From contig OZ024759.1 in assembly GCA_964016885.1 (NCBI GenBank), positions 21,762,001 through 21,826,000 on the forward strand: 64,000 bases of DNA, read 5' to 3'. Under the pieces are notes generated by a model. It saw nothing but the letters and a program-made list of their open reading frames with translations, was not told where the DNA came from and made no database searches. This document shows, one piece after another, positions 30,850-45,903 of this stretch. Position 1 is the first letter of the stretch; each line of letters starts with the position of its first letter. The DNA is from Eledone cirrhosa (Eukaryota). A program made the position numbers and the translations under genes.

Positions 30850-31290
30850 AAACTGGATCAATATAGTGTTCTACACGATAACATAATAAAAGGCCAAGCT
30901 GGAGCAATATAGAGCTGAATAGAGTGCTCTACACACAAACATAACAAAATGTCCAACTGGAACAATAGAGTGCTCTACATAAAAACATAACAAATAGCCA
31001 AATTGGGACAATAGAGTGGTCAATAGAAGGCTCTGCGTACAAACAAAACAAAAGGCCAAGCTGGATCAATATTGAGCTCAGTAGAATGCTCTACACACAA
31101 ACATAACGAAAGGTGAAGCTGGGACAACAGAGTGCTCCACACACAAACTTATTAAAATGTACAGTTGGAGCAAACGAGTGTTTTACACGCAAACATAAAA
31201 AGGCCAAACTGGAGCAATATAGAGCTCAGTAGAGGGCTCTACACACAAATATACCAAAATGCCCAGCTGGAGCAGTATAAAGCTCAAAAT
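30850..31290. repeat. ~48-65 bp degenerate minisatellite
   Basis: AAAAGGCCAAGCTGGAGCAATATAGAGCT...GTGCTCTACACACAAACATAAC units. Confidence 0.9.
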
Positions 31291-31747
31291 GCCCTGCCAG
31301 TACTTTGATACCACATTCACTGATTCATCAGTCACCGCTCTTATATAAACATGATGTATTTTAATCTGCTGAGAAGATTTGTCTACTATCTTCTGCTTAC
31401 TTTCTCTTTATTTCATCACTAGTTGAGTTTAACGAGTTGAATTAACAGACATTGTTTTGTAAGACTACTTTTCTTTTTATTCGACATTGTAACACTTTAC
31501 AAATCATCATATAAAGGGTGGACAATTCAACAATAGCCCGTGTATTATATTATCGGATATTATATTAATGGCTATTGTCATCATTGAATCTGAAGATAAT
31601 CAACCATTGAGAAAACCTGTATTGACATCAATACACATTTTAAATCGACATTCTTACCGTTTGTTTATTAACGTTTTTCATACATAAAACGTTCTTGAAA
31701 ATCTTATTTAAGATCTAGAAATATATTGTTTATGCTATAACTCTGCA

Positions 31748-32282
<535 letters not shown>

Positions 32283-34169
32283 TTTTATGTAATCACAGCA
32301 TCTTTCTTAATGTTACTCTTTTATTCATATATGTGTGCGTGTGTGTGTGTTCATATGACATGACTAGTCGATGTAGGTATATATATATACATATATATAT
32401 CCTCTAGCTGTGGTTTCTCAGAGCTAAAGCCAAGTTTTACAGAACAGTTTTGTCTCTCTTTCAAATATTTATACCGATATGTCAGTTTTCGAAAATAAAT
32501 GGCAACCCTATTTATTTTATTTAATATATAATCCTATATGTTTAAAAACAAAAACAATAATTTACTCTCTTAATACTTACACATGACAATTAATTTATTT
32601 CGCCGAAAATACACAATCGCCAGGCATTCCCTGCTTATCAAGAAAGAAATTATACAATTTGATAGCTGTGGCTATACTTAATTTTAATACATGCAGTAAA
32701 TATATTGTCCCTGTCTGCATGGCTCAGATTTTATAGGCTAGTTTAAAGCAGAACGTTTACACTTATTTAATAATGGACCTGTGTGGAGGGTAAGTGGAAC
32801 ACCAGCAGCACAATAAACACAAGGGCTGTTAAAAAGGAGAAATGAACTGCTCAGAGTCAACTGTCATCCACTCGACTGCGACTAAACCGGCGCTCCCACA
32901 GGATCCTTGTGTAGTAAGAAGGTTAAGTGGAACCCCCAGCAGCAGAATAAACACAAGAGCTGTTAAAAAGAGCGGATGAACTCCCCAAAGTCAACGACCA
33001 TCCATCCACCTCAATTATGGGTTAAATACCTTCACCAACCTGCAGTTGGCCGAGCGTGGTGAGTATGGCTACCCCCTTGAAAACATGACCACAACGAAAC
33101 AGAAAGCTGTGGAGGTCAATGAGGGAGGGGTTTCTCGAACATGAGTGAGAAGGCTCTGGATTATATATATATATATATATGTGTGTGTATGTGTGTGTGC
33201 ATGTGTGTGTATGTGTATGTGTATGTATGTGTGTGTGTGTGTGTGTGTGTGGGTGTATGTGTGTGTGTGTGTGGTTCCTCACAGTCAACAGTCAGTGAGA
33301 AGGCCCTGGATTGGATGTTTATTAATTTGATATTCCACCAATCTGGTTCGCTAGAGTTTTTTCTATTTTAGCATCTGACATTTTATTTTTTTCGCGCGTG
33401 TATGTGTGCGCGCGTAAGTGTGTGTGTGTGTGTATGTATGTGTGTGTGTATGTATATGTGTGAGTATCTATATGTCTGTGTCTATATGTGTGAGTATGTG
33501 TGTGTGTGAGTATGTGTGCGTGTCTATATGTGTGAATGTGTGTATGTGTGTATGTGTGAGAGGGAGAGAGAGAGAGAGAGAGAGTATGTGAGAGTGTGAG
33601 TATGTGTCTGGCAAAACCAAAATATCAACGACCAAAATAGCCTTTGATTCGAGTTGTCTTAAGATTTTAAAAATGGCGTTGTCAGCGTTAGGAAAAAATT
33701 AAAAATAATGGATCAAATGTAAGGGATGATTATGAATTAAATATTCAGTAAAGCTAAAACTGATTGATGGAGAGACACGTTCGATCTTTCATAATGACAT
33801 AACGGCTTCCATTCATATATTTACATATTAGTTTTTAATCTATAATATATTCTTTGCTTGTGTTTATGGCTTTTTTTTTTATTAGTCTGGTTTTCTCTTC
33901 ACTGGTTCAAAAGTTCTTCATATATCATGCAAGCAGTTCTCATTGGAAGGTATTTCAAACTGGCACGTCTGAATACACAGTCACGTGGACATTCAGCTAA
34001 TGAAGTTGATTTCGACGGGGTGGGGGTTAAATAAAAAAAATTGTTCAATTGGAACAAACATTACGGAGAAATAGAATTGGTAATTCAGTTATAATCCCCA
34101 TTAAACAGACATGTCTAGCTACATTACAAAGTACTGGGTGTGTGTGTACATACATACATACATAGATAC

Positions 34170-34232
<63 letters not shown>

Positions 34233-35240
34233 TACCGAGGCGATAATACAAAGATTTACTGTAGGTTGATATATATATATGTATATATATGTATGTATAT
34301 ATGTACATATATGCATATACATATGTGTGTGTGTATAACCTCCGTTCCTTCACCAGTCATTAAATATTTAAACTATAAAATCACACAACAAATAGCGGAA
34401 TCTCATATGTTTTCAGTCGCTATTTGTATAACTAAAAGCAACGACTATACACTAGAACAAATAAAATAAAGTACAATAAAATAAAATTACTGAATAGTCT
34501 AATGTGTGTGTCGAAAGAGAAAATATATTTCAGTTCGATAGCAGAAGTGTGTGTCTGTGTGTTTATGTGTGTATGAGTGTGTGTGTGATGTGTGTGTGTG
34601 TGTGTTGTCTGTAACCTAATGACTGGTTTTTTTTTCAAACAGTAAGTAGAAATAGGACTGGAGAAAATGGACCACTGCCGCCATAGCAGACCTGACTGAC
34701 TTTTCATGAAACAACCCCACCAAGTCAAATAAGCACACTTAAGTTTATAGAAATAAGTCTTTCGTCACAACCTGTGACCTTATCGATGACTCTTGCCCTC
34801 TGTGTGACCTCTTCCTTCACACTTCAGCTTTACACCATCTTTTTTTGTTTGTCTGTCTTTTTCTTTCTTTCATTTTTTGCCCAATTATCTTTTATATTTT
34901 TCTTGAACCCTAACACTTCACTCGCCTGTTTATTGTTCGTGGTTGTTGTTTTCTTCTTGGATTAACAAACATAAAGTTAGTTTAGTCGTGTTAACATTCC
35001 TTTTTCCTTATCACAAAACACAACTTTGTCAACGAGGGGTGGGGGGCTTCACAGTTTCTTCACCTCATATAGAACAGTAACAACATTTTTTTTCGTTATT
35101 TACTTCAGGGTTGTACTCATCTTGGCAAGTGACTTGATCTGAGACTGTGTTGAAACTAAAAGCAATTGCATCCTGAAAGAATCATTTTAACCATAAAAAA
35201 ACACATGCACACATACAAAAGGCTGTCAGATTCACTTTAC

Positions 35241-35576
35241 ATATATCATTTATGTCTTGGTGTCGACATTTTTGCCGCACTGTCTGTGATGGAACTGTGT
35301 TAGTGGCCATGTTGCCAAAGGTGCGACGAAATTTTTGAGACCAAAAATAAATGATAAAAGTACACCGAATTTAACATCTTTTTTGTGACTTTGGTGGCTA
35401 AAATGCTCATCCACGATGTAATTGGTTTAGTTTTAATTTCAGTTTAATTTCTGTTGGAGTCATCAAGGGTTTGTTTATACCATCAGCTCACGATTATGTC
35501 TTCGATATTTTGCGAACCATCCACACCATGCTTTAGTTAACGTTCTCAACATTGTCTCCTAACATCTCGCTGGAAT
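35241..35576 (-). other. Candidate exon (UTR-like 5' part, then ATG at 35310: MATNTVPSQTVRQKCRHQDINDI)
   Basis: Very strong polypyrimidine acceptor ...TTTTCTTTTGCAG; GTAAAG donor in phase 1. Confidence 0.45.
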
Positions 35577-35707
35577 CTGCAAAAGAAAAAAAAAAAGAAA
35601 AACATGAAAAAAATGAAAAATTGAAAAGATAAAAGGATAAAAAAAAAACGATATATTAGTAATCGAAAGACGAAAAGAATGGAAATCAATAAACAACAAC
35701 AACTACA

Positions 35708-35744
<37 letters not shown>

Positions 35745-35984
35745 GTGTTTGTTAGTTTTTTCCTCCTTTGTTTAATATTTCCTAATATCTGGTGTTGAGA
35801 TGTGATTGTGTAGTCGAAAAATGTAGTTTATTTTGTAAGATGTCTTATTCTTGTGAGAGAGTAGAATACTAGAATGTGTTGTGACCTGGGTTCCTTGACT
35901 CTATTAGAATTGTTATATATATATATATATAGGAAAATGTTTAACCCCGACGGCTATTTCTGGACCATATATATATATATACGT

Positions 35985-36050
<66 letters not shown>

Positions 36051-36065
36051 GACGTAAATTAAGAA

Positions 36066-36105
<40 letters not shown>

Positions 36106-36196
36106 ATAAAAATAAATTTTAAGACTAAAATCCAAAGAAGAACCCGTTAAGGGTGAAAGCAGCGATTCTTTGCTTAAACTTTAATCTGTTATTTTA

Positions 36197-36238
<42 letters not shown>

Positions 36239-36284
36239 TAATATGGACGAGGTGTCAAATGCTCATCAGACTTTTGTCAGCGCA

Positions 36285-36331
<47 letters not shown>

Positions 36332-36826
36332 TGGGTAATTGCTGGCCTTGTGCCAAAAGTAGAAACAATTATATTTATTATTATTATTATTATATGTATT
36401 ATAATTATTATTATTATTTATGTTTGTAAGAGGTTAACAAAATAAAGCCAAATTTACTGTTGAGATAGTGTTTCGATGAGATCTTTATGAATTCCTTTTT
36501 CAGATAATTTATTTAATACATTTGATATGAAACTGACACACGATAACATTTCCTACTGTAATGAACTCTGTCAGTCTCTGACATTACAACAGTGTCGAGA
36601 GATATTCTATGACTAGGCCTTTACTATGTATGTAAAGTTGACCTCGGCGGGATTTGAACCCCAGCGCACAGCGCCGGAATTAATACCTCAAAGAATTCTA
36701 CCTGACATTGGCACGTAACATAACCATTAATCGGTGAGGGGTTCTGTGTGTGTATATATATATACATATACGTGTATATATATATACAGTATATATATAT
36801 ATATATATACGTATATACATATACAC

Positions 36827-36870
<44 letters not shown>

Positions 36871-36904
36871 CATATATATACATATATATATACACATATA
36901 TATG

Positions 36905-36959
<55 letters not shown>

Positions 36960-37554
36960 ATACACATATATATATAAGTATGCTGTACTTAATAGGATCT
37001 GGGAAGCATGTTATCTGTTATTATAACCAGTACACTAATTAGTATTAATGATATCTTTGTGGTTAATGTTTTGGGTCATAAGGAGATTACAACATCTATG
37101 AGAGTACGTGTAGGTTTTCACTTTCATCATTGATTACAGTAATATCTGGACAGTTCACTTTGATCTCTCTAGTAATCTCAACAGACATGTCCCAGATTAT
37201 AAAAGTCATGTTATTGTCACGCAACGGGCTTGGTATTATTCTTCACTTCCATGGGAGAGTATCAGAATATTACTAAACGTGTAGTACTACCTGTCTGGTG
37301 CACTGTACACACAACACCAGACAACATGTTTTCTTAAGCAGTAAGAGTGCTGTTCTGTGTACACACAACACTAGACAAACAGCTTTATCAAGCAGTAAGT
37401 CTGGTGCTCTGTATACACACAACACCGGGCAAACAGTTGTCAAGTAGCATGCCTCGTACTTTGTGTACATAAAACGCGAGTCAAACAGCTTTGTCAAGTA
37501 GTAAATCAACAAATATGACGGTAGGCAGGAATTAGTACTAGTATCAGTGAAAAG

Positions 37555-38345
37555 ATAAAAGCTCGCCTTATACAGATATGTTTCTCGCCACGACTTCCTC
37601 TATCAAAAACCATTCTCCAGGGCGCAAGTGAAGGACGGTGAAGACGATGCAGAAAATAAAATCCTGGCTCAGCAACATCCTGGAGTGGACAGATTTCAAC
37701 ATTACGGCCTCCTGTCTCCCTGTGTGTAATGATGGGCAGAAATTAGTTGTGATTGTTGACTGTCAGAGATGCTCTGATAATGTCGACGACTGGACAAGTT
37801 TCAGCACTGCGACTCTCTGTCTGTATACGACAGAGGACAGAGACCAATGATGATTGCTGAGCGTCAGAGCTGGTCTGACAACAACAACAACTGAACAGGT
37901 TTCAACACGGTGACTCTGTCTGTGTACGACAGAGGACAGAGACCAAAGGTGATTGTTGAGTGTCAGAGCTGGTCTGGCAATATCAACGACTGGACAGGTT
38001 TCAACACGGTGACTCTGTCTGTGTACGACAGAGGACAGAGACCAAAGGTGATTGTTGAGTGTCAGAGCTGGTCTGGCAATATCAACGATTGGACAGGTTT
38101 CAACACGGCGACTCTCTGTCTGTGTACGACAGATGACAGAGACCAATGGTGATTGCTAACTCTCAGAGCTGGTCTGACAACATCAACGACTGGACAGGTT
38201 TCAACACAGCGACTCTCTGTCTGTATACGACAGAGGACAGAGACCAATGGTGATTGCTGACTGTCAGAGCTGGTCTGACAACATCAACGACTGGACAGGT
38301 TTCAGCACTGCAGTCCTTCTGCATATACGGAGGACAGGGATCACT
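37555..38345 (+). mobile_element. RTE LINE 3' end followed by ~6 tandem ~100 bp copies derived from its own terminus
   Basis: SKTILQG..EG...KSWLSNILEWT, then units reading SWSDNINDWTGFNTATLCL..EDRDQW. Confidence 0.85.
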
Positions 38346-38791
38346 AGCAATGGCTGATTGCCAGAACGTTTAGAGTGGCACCCCAACGGTTTACTGCACC
38401 AGTTACGGAATGGTGATGGCTGCTACTTACTCCACATATGGTTGTTCTTGTTTATTCTGCAGTAACATAACTGGTGTTTTGGCAACCATTAGATTAAGGG
38501 TAGCATTTCTTCTATACTCTATCTTTGAATAGCAACAAAGAGGAAGAAGAAGAAAAAGAAGAAACCCGCTGATTAAAATCTAGTCGTACTACGAACGTTT
38601 CTTTATTCTTTGATATCAGATAAATTTACAGAGTTTTCCATTCTTGTGCCAGAACTCTTTGGGAAAATAGCCAAAGATTTGAAACTAAAGCCACAAGAAC
38701 TGCTATGCTTAGAATGTAAGTAATATCTTCAACTGAATTCTGAATGTAGAACATTATTCCCGCCTCTTCTATGATATTGGCAAAATCTTAC

Positions 38792-38821
38792 CAAGTCTGG
38801 CACAGAATCAATGGTAAATTT
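38792..38821 (-). other. Candidate 30 nt exon
   Basis: Acceptor TTTTATTTCTATTTTTATAG, donor GTAAGA. Confidence 0.4.
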
Positions 38822-39259
38822 CTATAAAAATAGAAATAAAATTTAGACTACAAGTTTCGAAAAAGAATGCTTCACTATAGATATTTTTATATTACATCTT
38901 CTAGTCGATATTAGGTATTCGTATTAAAAAGATGCACAGATAATTATATAAACCCAGTTACACCCAGCCTTTTGTCACAAATATTAATTATAACACAAAA
39001 GTATGTAATAAAAACTATGTATATCTACGATATATTAGTTTTAGAGACGACATATTGATACACATACTTTAAGAAAACAATTTTAAAATTTTCGTATCTT
39101 CCTTTTATGGGAAGGTTATTTTTCTTTCCTGACTGTAAAATACTATTGGCAAATACACACACACGTGTATATCACCTTGATCACCTTGACCGACCAGTCT
39201 GTCGGGCACCAATCGGCGCCGCTGGTCACAGCACGTCGTGCTGTTTTAGCCATAAGATA

Positions 39260-39590
39260 ACTGTTTCTACTTTAGGCACAAGGCCAGCAATTATCCAGTG
39301 CATTACTGGTACTTTATTTTATCGACCCCGTAAGGATGAAAGGCAAAGTCAACCTCGGCGGGATTTGAACTCAGATCGTAAAGGGACGTAACTATGCTGG
39401 AAAGCATGGCGTCCGACCCTCTACCGATACTGCCAATCCACCGAACGCCATCCTACTGGCTGGACGGGCAGGCCGGTACTCATTTCTACAGCTGAGTAAA
39501 CTGGAACAACGTGAAATAGAGTGTCTTGCTCAAGGAAACAACACATCACCCGGTCCGAGAATTGAACTCACAACCTTTCGATTGCAATTC
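39260..39590 (-). mobile_element. Main tRNA SINE (39260-39443) and CORE-type SINE head (39475-39590)
   Basis: Family motifs; B box GAGTTCAATTC plus TCCTTGAGCAAGACACT. Confidence 0.85.
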
Positions 39591-39594
39591 CAAT

Positions 39595-39679
<85 letters not shown>

Positions 39680-39815
39680 TATGTATACGTACATACATAT
39701 ATGTATACAGACGTACAGTAGTATGTATATACATGCATGCACACATATATATGTACGTATGGATTTACCGAACATTTATTATAATGCTCGGTTTGTTTGT
39801 AAACAAACATCCCAA

Positions 39816-39840
<25 letters not shown>

Positions 39841-39847
<7 letters not shown>

Positions 39848-40138
39848 AGATCAAAAGATGGTTAAAGGAGTTCCATGTATTTTATTATGCGCATTTCAAA
39901 AACAAACATCATCATGCAATAATATTTGTGTTTTCATCAGATAAAACAGGAGAACATGATATGAAGGCTAAAAAACACTTGTGGATAGTGCAGTTTTAAA
40001 TCAACATATCATGTTCATATCATGTTCTCCTGTTTTATCTGATGAAAACACAAATATTATTGCATGATGATGTTTGTTTTTGAAATGCGCATAATAAAAT
40101 ACATGGAACTCCTTTAACCATCTTTTGATCTTATATTA
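39841..40138. mobile_element. Perfect 125 bp inverted repeat (48 nt spacer), one hammerhead per arm
   Basis: Arms 39841-39965 and 40014-40138 are exact reverse complements. Confidence 0.95.
40031..40101 (+). ncRNA. Type I hammerhead ribozyme (identical copy on minus strand 39878-39948)
   Basis: Stem I TGTTTTAT/ATAAAATA; CTGATGA; ~15 bp stem II with GCAT loop; GAAA-TGCGCA-TA (palindromic stem III). Confidence 0.85.
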
Positions 40139-40225
40139 TGTATACTCCAGTCCTACAAACTGTAGAGTGCTTCTTATCCGATATCTGCATTGCTTTATTG
40201 TACTACAATAAAACTGACCTCCTAC

Positions 40226-40279
<54 letters not shown>

Positions 40280-40397
40280 ATATTGGAATGGAATCAGTTT
40301 GAAACTGGTTAGACCTTTTATTAACAGGGTAGGAACTAGTTGTTGAAACGGCAAGAGCTCAGCAGTCTGGATCCTGACTCATTATAATATATATACA

Positions 40398-40491
<94 letters not shown>

Positions 40492-40568
40492 AAGATGACA
40501 GAAAGAAGTTCTAAAGTTTATAATTCTTACAATTGTTTCGATACATAGTTTTTCTTCCAACACACACA

Positions 40569-40641
<73 letters not shown>

Positions 40642-41139
40642 CCACACACACACACACACCTATATATATATATATATATGACTATAGTGCGATATTTGTT
40701 GACATATTTCGTGTGATTTAACACTGAATAGTCGAAGTTTCAAAACAAAACTTCGAATCATAATATCAAATAGGACAAAGTGTTCAATCGTTGTAGACTA
40801 AAAGTCAAAATATGATGGTCATAGTCAGAACGTCTTTGATCATGACATGCGTTGGATTAGAACACGCCTCCAGCTAAACTACAACAACAACAACAACAAC
40901 TGCACCAATCTCTGATTCAATGGAATAGAATTGACATAAAAGAAATAAAATTAAGAAAATTGTCTTTTATTTTTTTGATGTTGTTGTTGTTGCTGGAGGC
41001 TGTTGACTTTTATCTGGAGAAGATGAAACTTAGCGAGAAGACATCAAAAAGTTTTCGTTTAAAAACTCTAAGGAGTTCTATAATCGAGATCACGTTGATA
41101 GGCAGAAACACCATTACCTGTTATGGTTTCCACATTCCG

Positions 41140-41345
41140 ATTTAGTCACAAGGCCAACAATTTGTGGAAGGGGAGAGTCGATTAAATCGACCTCAGTTCA
41201 TTACTGGTACTTTATTTTATCGACCCCGAAAGGATACAAGGCAAAACTAACCTCGGCGGGATTTGAACTCAGAACTTAAATGGACGTAACTCTATGCCGC
41301 AAAGTCTGTTGTCCGACGCTCTACCGATACTGCCAACCCACCGCT
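41140..41345 (-). mobile_element. Main tRNA SINE, long variant
   Basis: Family motifs. Confidence 0.9.
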
Positions 41346-42884
41346 CTCCCACTAGCTAAAGAGACAATAGTCAAGGAAGCCCCTCTGCAGTGGTTCGATC
41401 TGCCAAAAATAGCAGCCAAATTATCTTAAACCCCATACAATCGTCTTAAAAGACTCGTTGATCAATGAAGTCCTAAAGAGGGTGATTTAGTCTATCAATA
41501 ACTTGAGTAATCTCAGGTGAGCGAAGATTTTGAACTCACAATGTTACATATGTGAGACCTTATGCTGAATCTCCCTGAGAACAATGTTAAGGGTGTTTGT
41601 ATTTTATATGAAGAACATTACATAGAATATATTTTCTCTCAGTCATATTGCTATTATTTATAATTAGTATCATGTCATTCCATCTATTTCTTCTGTTAAG
41701 GGTACACGTGTCTGTTAATCTATTTATACAGAATCCTCCTGAGAACAATGTTAAGGTTACACGTGTCTGTGGGGTGCCCAGCGACTTACACTAGAATGCA
41801 ATACCTGTGATTCAAAGGGGCCAGCCTGCCTTGTCACACTGAACCATTCCCTCCGAGAAACGTGTCTGGGGAATGCTCAGTCACTTGCATGACAGTTCCA
41901 CAAGCTGGATGTTCCGTTGATTGAATAACTGTACACTCATCGTCGGAAGTGACGGAGATCCATAAACGATAACACCTCTCTAGATATAGATATAAAATTG
42001 TGATAATTTACTAAATCCAAGCAATAAACTATAAAACCTGCAACAGAAACTTCTTTCTGATTTACACTTTCCCTTGTTTTCCATATTTTATTTTATGCTT
42101 ATTCTTCCTCCGGCTGGCCTTCCCTATTTAAAATGCTTTTTAGCTTAATTTTAATTCTTATCATTATATTTATATTCACTTATCTCTCTCTATCTGGCTT
42201 TTTGTTCTACATTTTTAAGAAGTACTTGCTCTAGTCTGTCATGGTTTACTAGCTCTATATGAACATTTAAATTGGTTAAATAAATAAAATACTATCAGAT
42301 ATAACTGCAGTGAGATGCCTTCGGGTATAAATAGTCTTTGACAGCCTGTTTTAGACGTGGCAGTGTGGTTTAGGCAGGTTGCCTGCATGTCTGAAACTCT
42401 TCTTCATCTCAAGAGAGTCATTATGACGTTGTTATACCACATACACCGCTACCATCGTTGCTTTTGGTTCCCTTATATTTCTCTATATCTGTGTAGGTAT
42501 GTACGTGTGTATGTGTGTATATATTGGACCTCCGTCGGATACGAAGACGAGCGTTCGGGGTGTTTGAACAATGAATCAGCCTGCTCTTGAAATTAACGCA
42601 CATGTGTAGAATGCTCATCTAGCTGCATTTTAATTTTATGAATAGGCTCTTTCCTTTGTTGAACAACTAGAATGCTCATCGTCGAAACGGGCGGAAGTCC
42701 CTCAACAACAATAACAACTCGTACGGCTTGGTTGCTAAATCTTTGTGTTGGATTTAATACATTATCACATTTCTCTTCCATCTTTCACTAGAAAGATCTG
42801 TTTAACTGTCTATTTGCCTATCTGTCAAACCCGCCTCTAACCGGATCTATCTGTCTATCTGTATAAATCTCTCTCTCTCTCTCT

Positions 42885-42940
<56 letters not shown>

Positions 42941-43034
42941 GGCCGACTGAATACGCGCTTGTTTGTTTTTTTCTCCCAAATTTTTTTCTCATTTTCCCCA
43001 TTTCTTCCTCTCATCACCCTTTACTTTCTATTCA

Positions 43035-43135
43035 TCTTCTGATGAAGGACTAATGTCCAAAACGTTAAGACTCTCTTCCTGCTAATATATTTCTTCCATG
43101 TACTGTACCGTTTGTTTTGTTATTTTTATTATTAC
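43035..43135 (+). ncRNA. Minimal hammerhead family (copies 46334-46440, 63173-63290), each copy defective
   Basis: Consensus TCTT-CTGATGA-A-GGAC-TAAT-GTCC-GAAA-CG-TT-AAGA plus shared tail ending at a microsatellite. Confidence 0.75.
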
Positions 43136-43144
43136 TTGCATATA

Positions 43145-43604
<460 letters not shown>

Positions 43605-43926
43605 AAGAAGTTTATGAAACGGAAATGCGGGTATAAAGAATATATTAGGTAACAATTGTTTCTATAGTGTGTGGGTTACCTATACCTCGCTATTTGTATA
43701 ATATAAAAATATTATCATAAATCGTAGGTACACTGTAAGAGAACACACCATGTCGCATTTCCGTTTCATAAACTTCTTCTTCATATTTTCTCCGGATTTT
43801 AAAGCATATTTTATTATACGTTGAGCAATCTCCGACGTCGGTTGACTCCATCCAATGCGACTACCTAGTAACATTGGAGTACTTATTTATTAATTCTATA
43901 TATATGTATGTATATATATATATATA

Positions 43927-44057
43927 TATAACCCCGACGGCAGAGCTCAAGCCGTTTCGACGGCTATTTCTAGACTAAATTAGAATTCTAGACTAAAATT
44001 CTAATTTAGTCTAGAAATAGCCGTCGAAGCGGCTTGAGCTCTGCCGTCAGGGTTATA
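43927..44057. repeat. 61 bp inverted repeat (2 mismatches, 9 nt spacer) next to (TA)n
   Basis: Arms read directly; relatives at 35930-35966 and 40330-40370. Confidence 0.95.
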
Positions 44058-44319
44058 CATTTTCCTATTACCCACTCTACTAACCTAAATATTGAGTAGT
44101 CTGGTGCGTTATGGTCCAACTGGTTCCTTACCACACTTTCTTCGTTATATATATATATATGTGTCTAGTTATTCAGTTATGTATCATACCACTATCTCCC
44201 TACTCCACTCTCCTCTAACCAAAATCCATCTATGTTCTATGTATGTATAGTAAACGTGCAACATGACATTCAATGTCTCGATGTTGATTGAGCAGATAAG
44301 ATTATCTATTTATAAATAA

Positions 44320-44440
44320 CTGTTTCTACTTTTGGCACAAGGCCAGCTTTAAACAGTGTATTACTGGTATTTTATTTTATCGACCCCGTAAGGATGAAAG
44401 GCAAAGTTAACCTCGGCGGGATTTGAACTCAGAATGGAAA
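44320..44440 (-). mobile_element. Main tRNA SINE, 5'-truncated
   Basis: Family motifs. Confidence 0.85.
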
Positions 44441-44734
44441 GATATATATATATGTGTGGTGTGTGTGTGTATACCGTCTGCTTCCCTATCTTCATTTATC
44501 TCCTTAATGAGGATGTCTGGTTAACGGGAAGCCATTTGTCTAATTGATCCTCTCATTGCTAATCTCAAATATGTCTTCTGATATATAAAAGATTAGGAAT
44601 AGATAGACAAAATCCCAAGCCTCACTCGTTTACCAGGTTGGGTTGCAACTCGTCAAATCGGACCAAGGAAACAATGTTTCCATTCGTCTTTCCATTTGCT
44701 GATACTATACACCGATCGCAACTCCTGGCAGAAA

Positions 44735-44850
44735 GAGCAGCGTGAAATAATGTGTCTTCCCCAAGAACATATCGGATCGCCCGGTCCGGGAATCAAACTC
44801 ACACCTCACAATTGCGAATTAATTTCTCTAACCACTAAGCCACGTACCTT
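44735..44850 (-). mobile_element. CORE-type SINE head
   Basis: A box TGGCTTAGTGG, B box GAGTTTGATTCC. Confidence 0.7.
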
Positions 44851-45204
44851 CACTATAATACAATATAGCAGAAACATATAATATATCTTCCTTGTAATTT
44901 GTTGGTGTGTAATAACAGGTATTATTTGGCTATTGGAAGGAATACAATGAGAAACTTTAAGTCTCACAGCCACATATGTGTGTGATTCGGAGTCGTGTTT
45001 ATTCACAACTCTTAAATCTTTTAAGATAATTGCCATGGAAACTGTTTCGTTTTTTTTTTTTAATTATTTGGTATCTGATCCCTTGTTGCAAACATTCTAT
45101 TTTTTCTCCATGGATCCACCCACCCCCACCTACTGCAGCATCTCCTATATTTGTCAGATTCTATGAAGACAGAAGAAAAGAGAGGTGGACAGAAAGAGAG
45201 AAGG

Positions 45205-45272
<68 letters not shown>

Positions 45273-45554
45273 GTGACAGAGAGAGGAGGGGAGAAAGTGA
45301 GAGAAAGAGAGAGAGGGAGAAAGAGAATACCCTATTATAGGTTTCATGTCACTGAAGTATATATATATATATATATATGTATATGTGTGTGTGTGTGTGT
45401 GTACACACACACACACACACATATATATAGAAGGTGAGTAATATTGTAGAACAATAAAACTATGCATATATCAGATAAGTAGCACTCAACAGTTGGTAGA
45501 ACTGGAGTATATATAATAAAGAAGAAATTAAAAGATGGTTAAAAGAGTTCCATA

Positions 45555-45624
45555 TATTTTATTATGCGCATTTCGAATACAAAATCAACCTGGGACAAAA
45601 ATTGTGTTCTCATCAGATAAAATA
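45555..45624 (-). ncRNA. Type I hammerhead ribozyme, same family as 40031
   Basis: Stem I TATTTTAT/ATAAAATA; CTGATGA-G...C-GAAA-TGCGCA-TA; stem II GAACACAA/TTGTATTC. Confidence 0.8.
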
Positions 45625-45712
45625 AGGTAACATGATATGAGGTATAATAGCTCTTGTTTACAGGCAAGTGCTAAGTCTATATATGTAGACTTAGCACTTT
45701 CCTGTAAACAAA

Positions 45713-45903
45713 TGCCAGCAATTTCGGAGAGAGAAAATGTCGATTAAATTGACCTCAGTGCAATGCTGGTGTTTTATTTTATCGACCCCGTAAGGATGAA
45801 AGGCAAAGCTAACCTCGGCAGGATTTGGTCTCAGAACATAAAGGCGCGTAACTCTATGCTGCAAAGCATGGCGTCCGACGATCTACCAATATTGCCAATC
45901 CAC
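45713..45903 (-). mobile_element. Main tRNA SINE
   Basis: Family motifs. Confidence 0.85.

Noticed and set aside
36125-36170. Hammerhead in the 19878/36113/63320 family
   Set aside because: ACCC-GTTAA-GGGT-GAAA is suggestive, but no copy has CUGANGA or a clear cleavage triplet
37745-38345. CRISPR-like regular array (also 7996, 23970, 54773)
   Set aside because: Whole units repeat with no unique spacers; no cas genes; eukaryotic context
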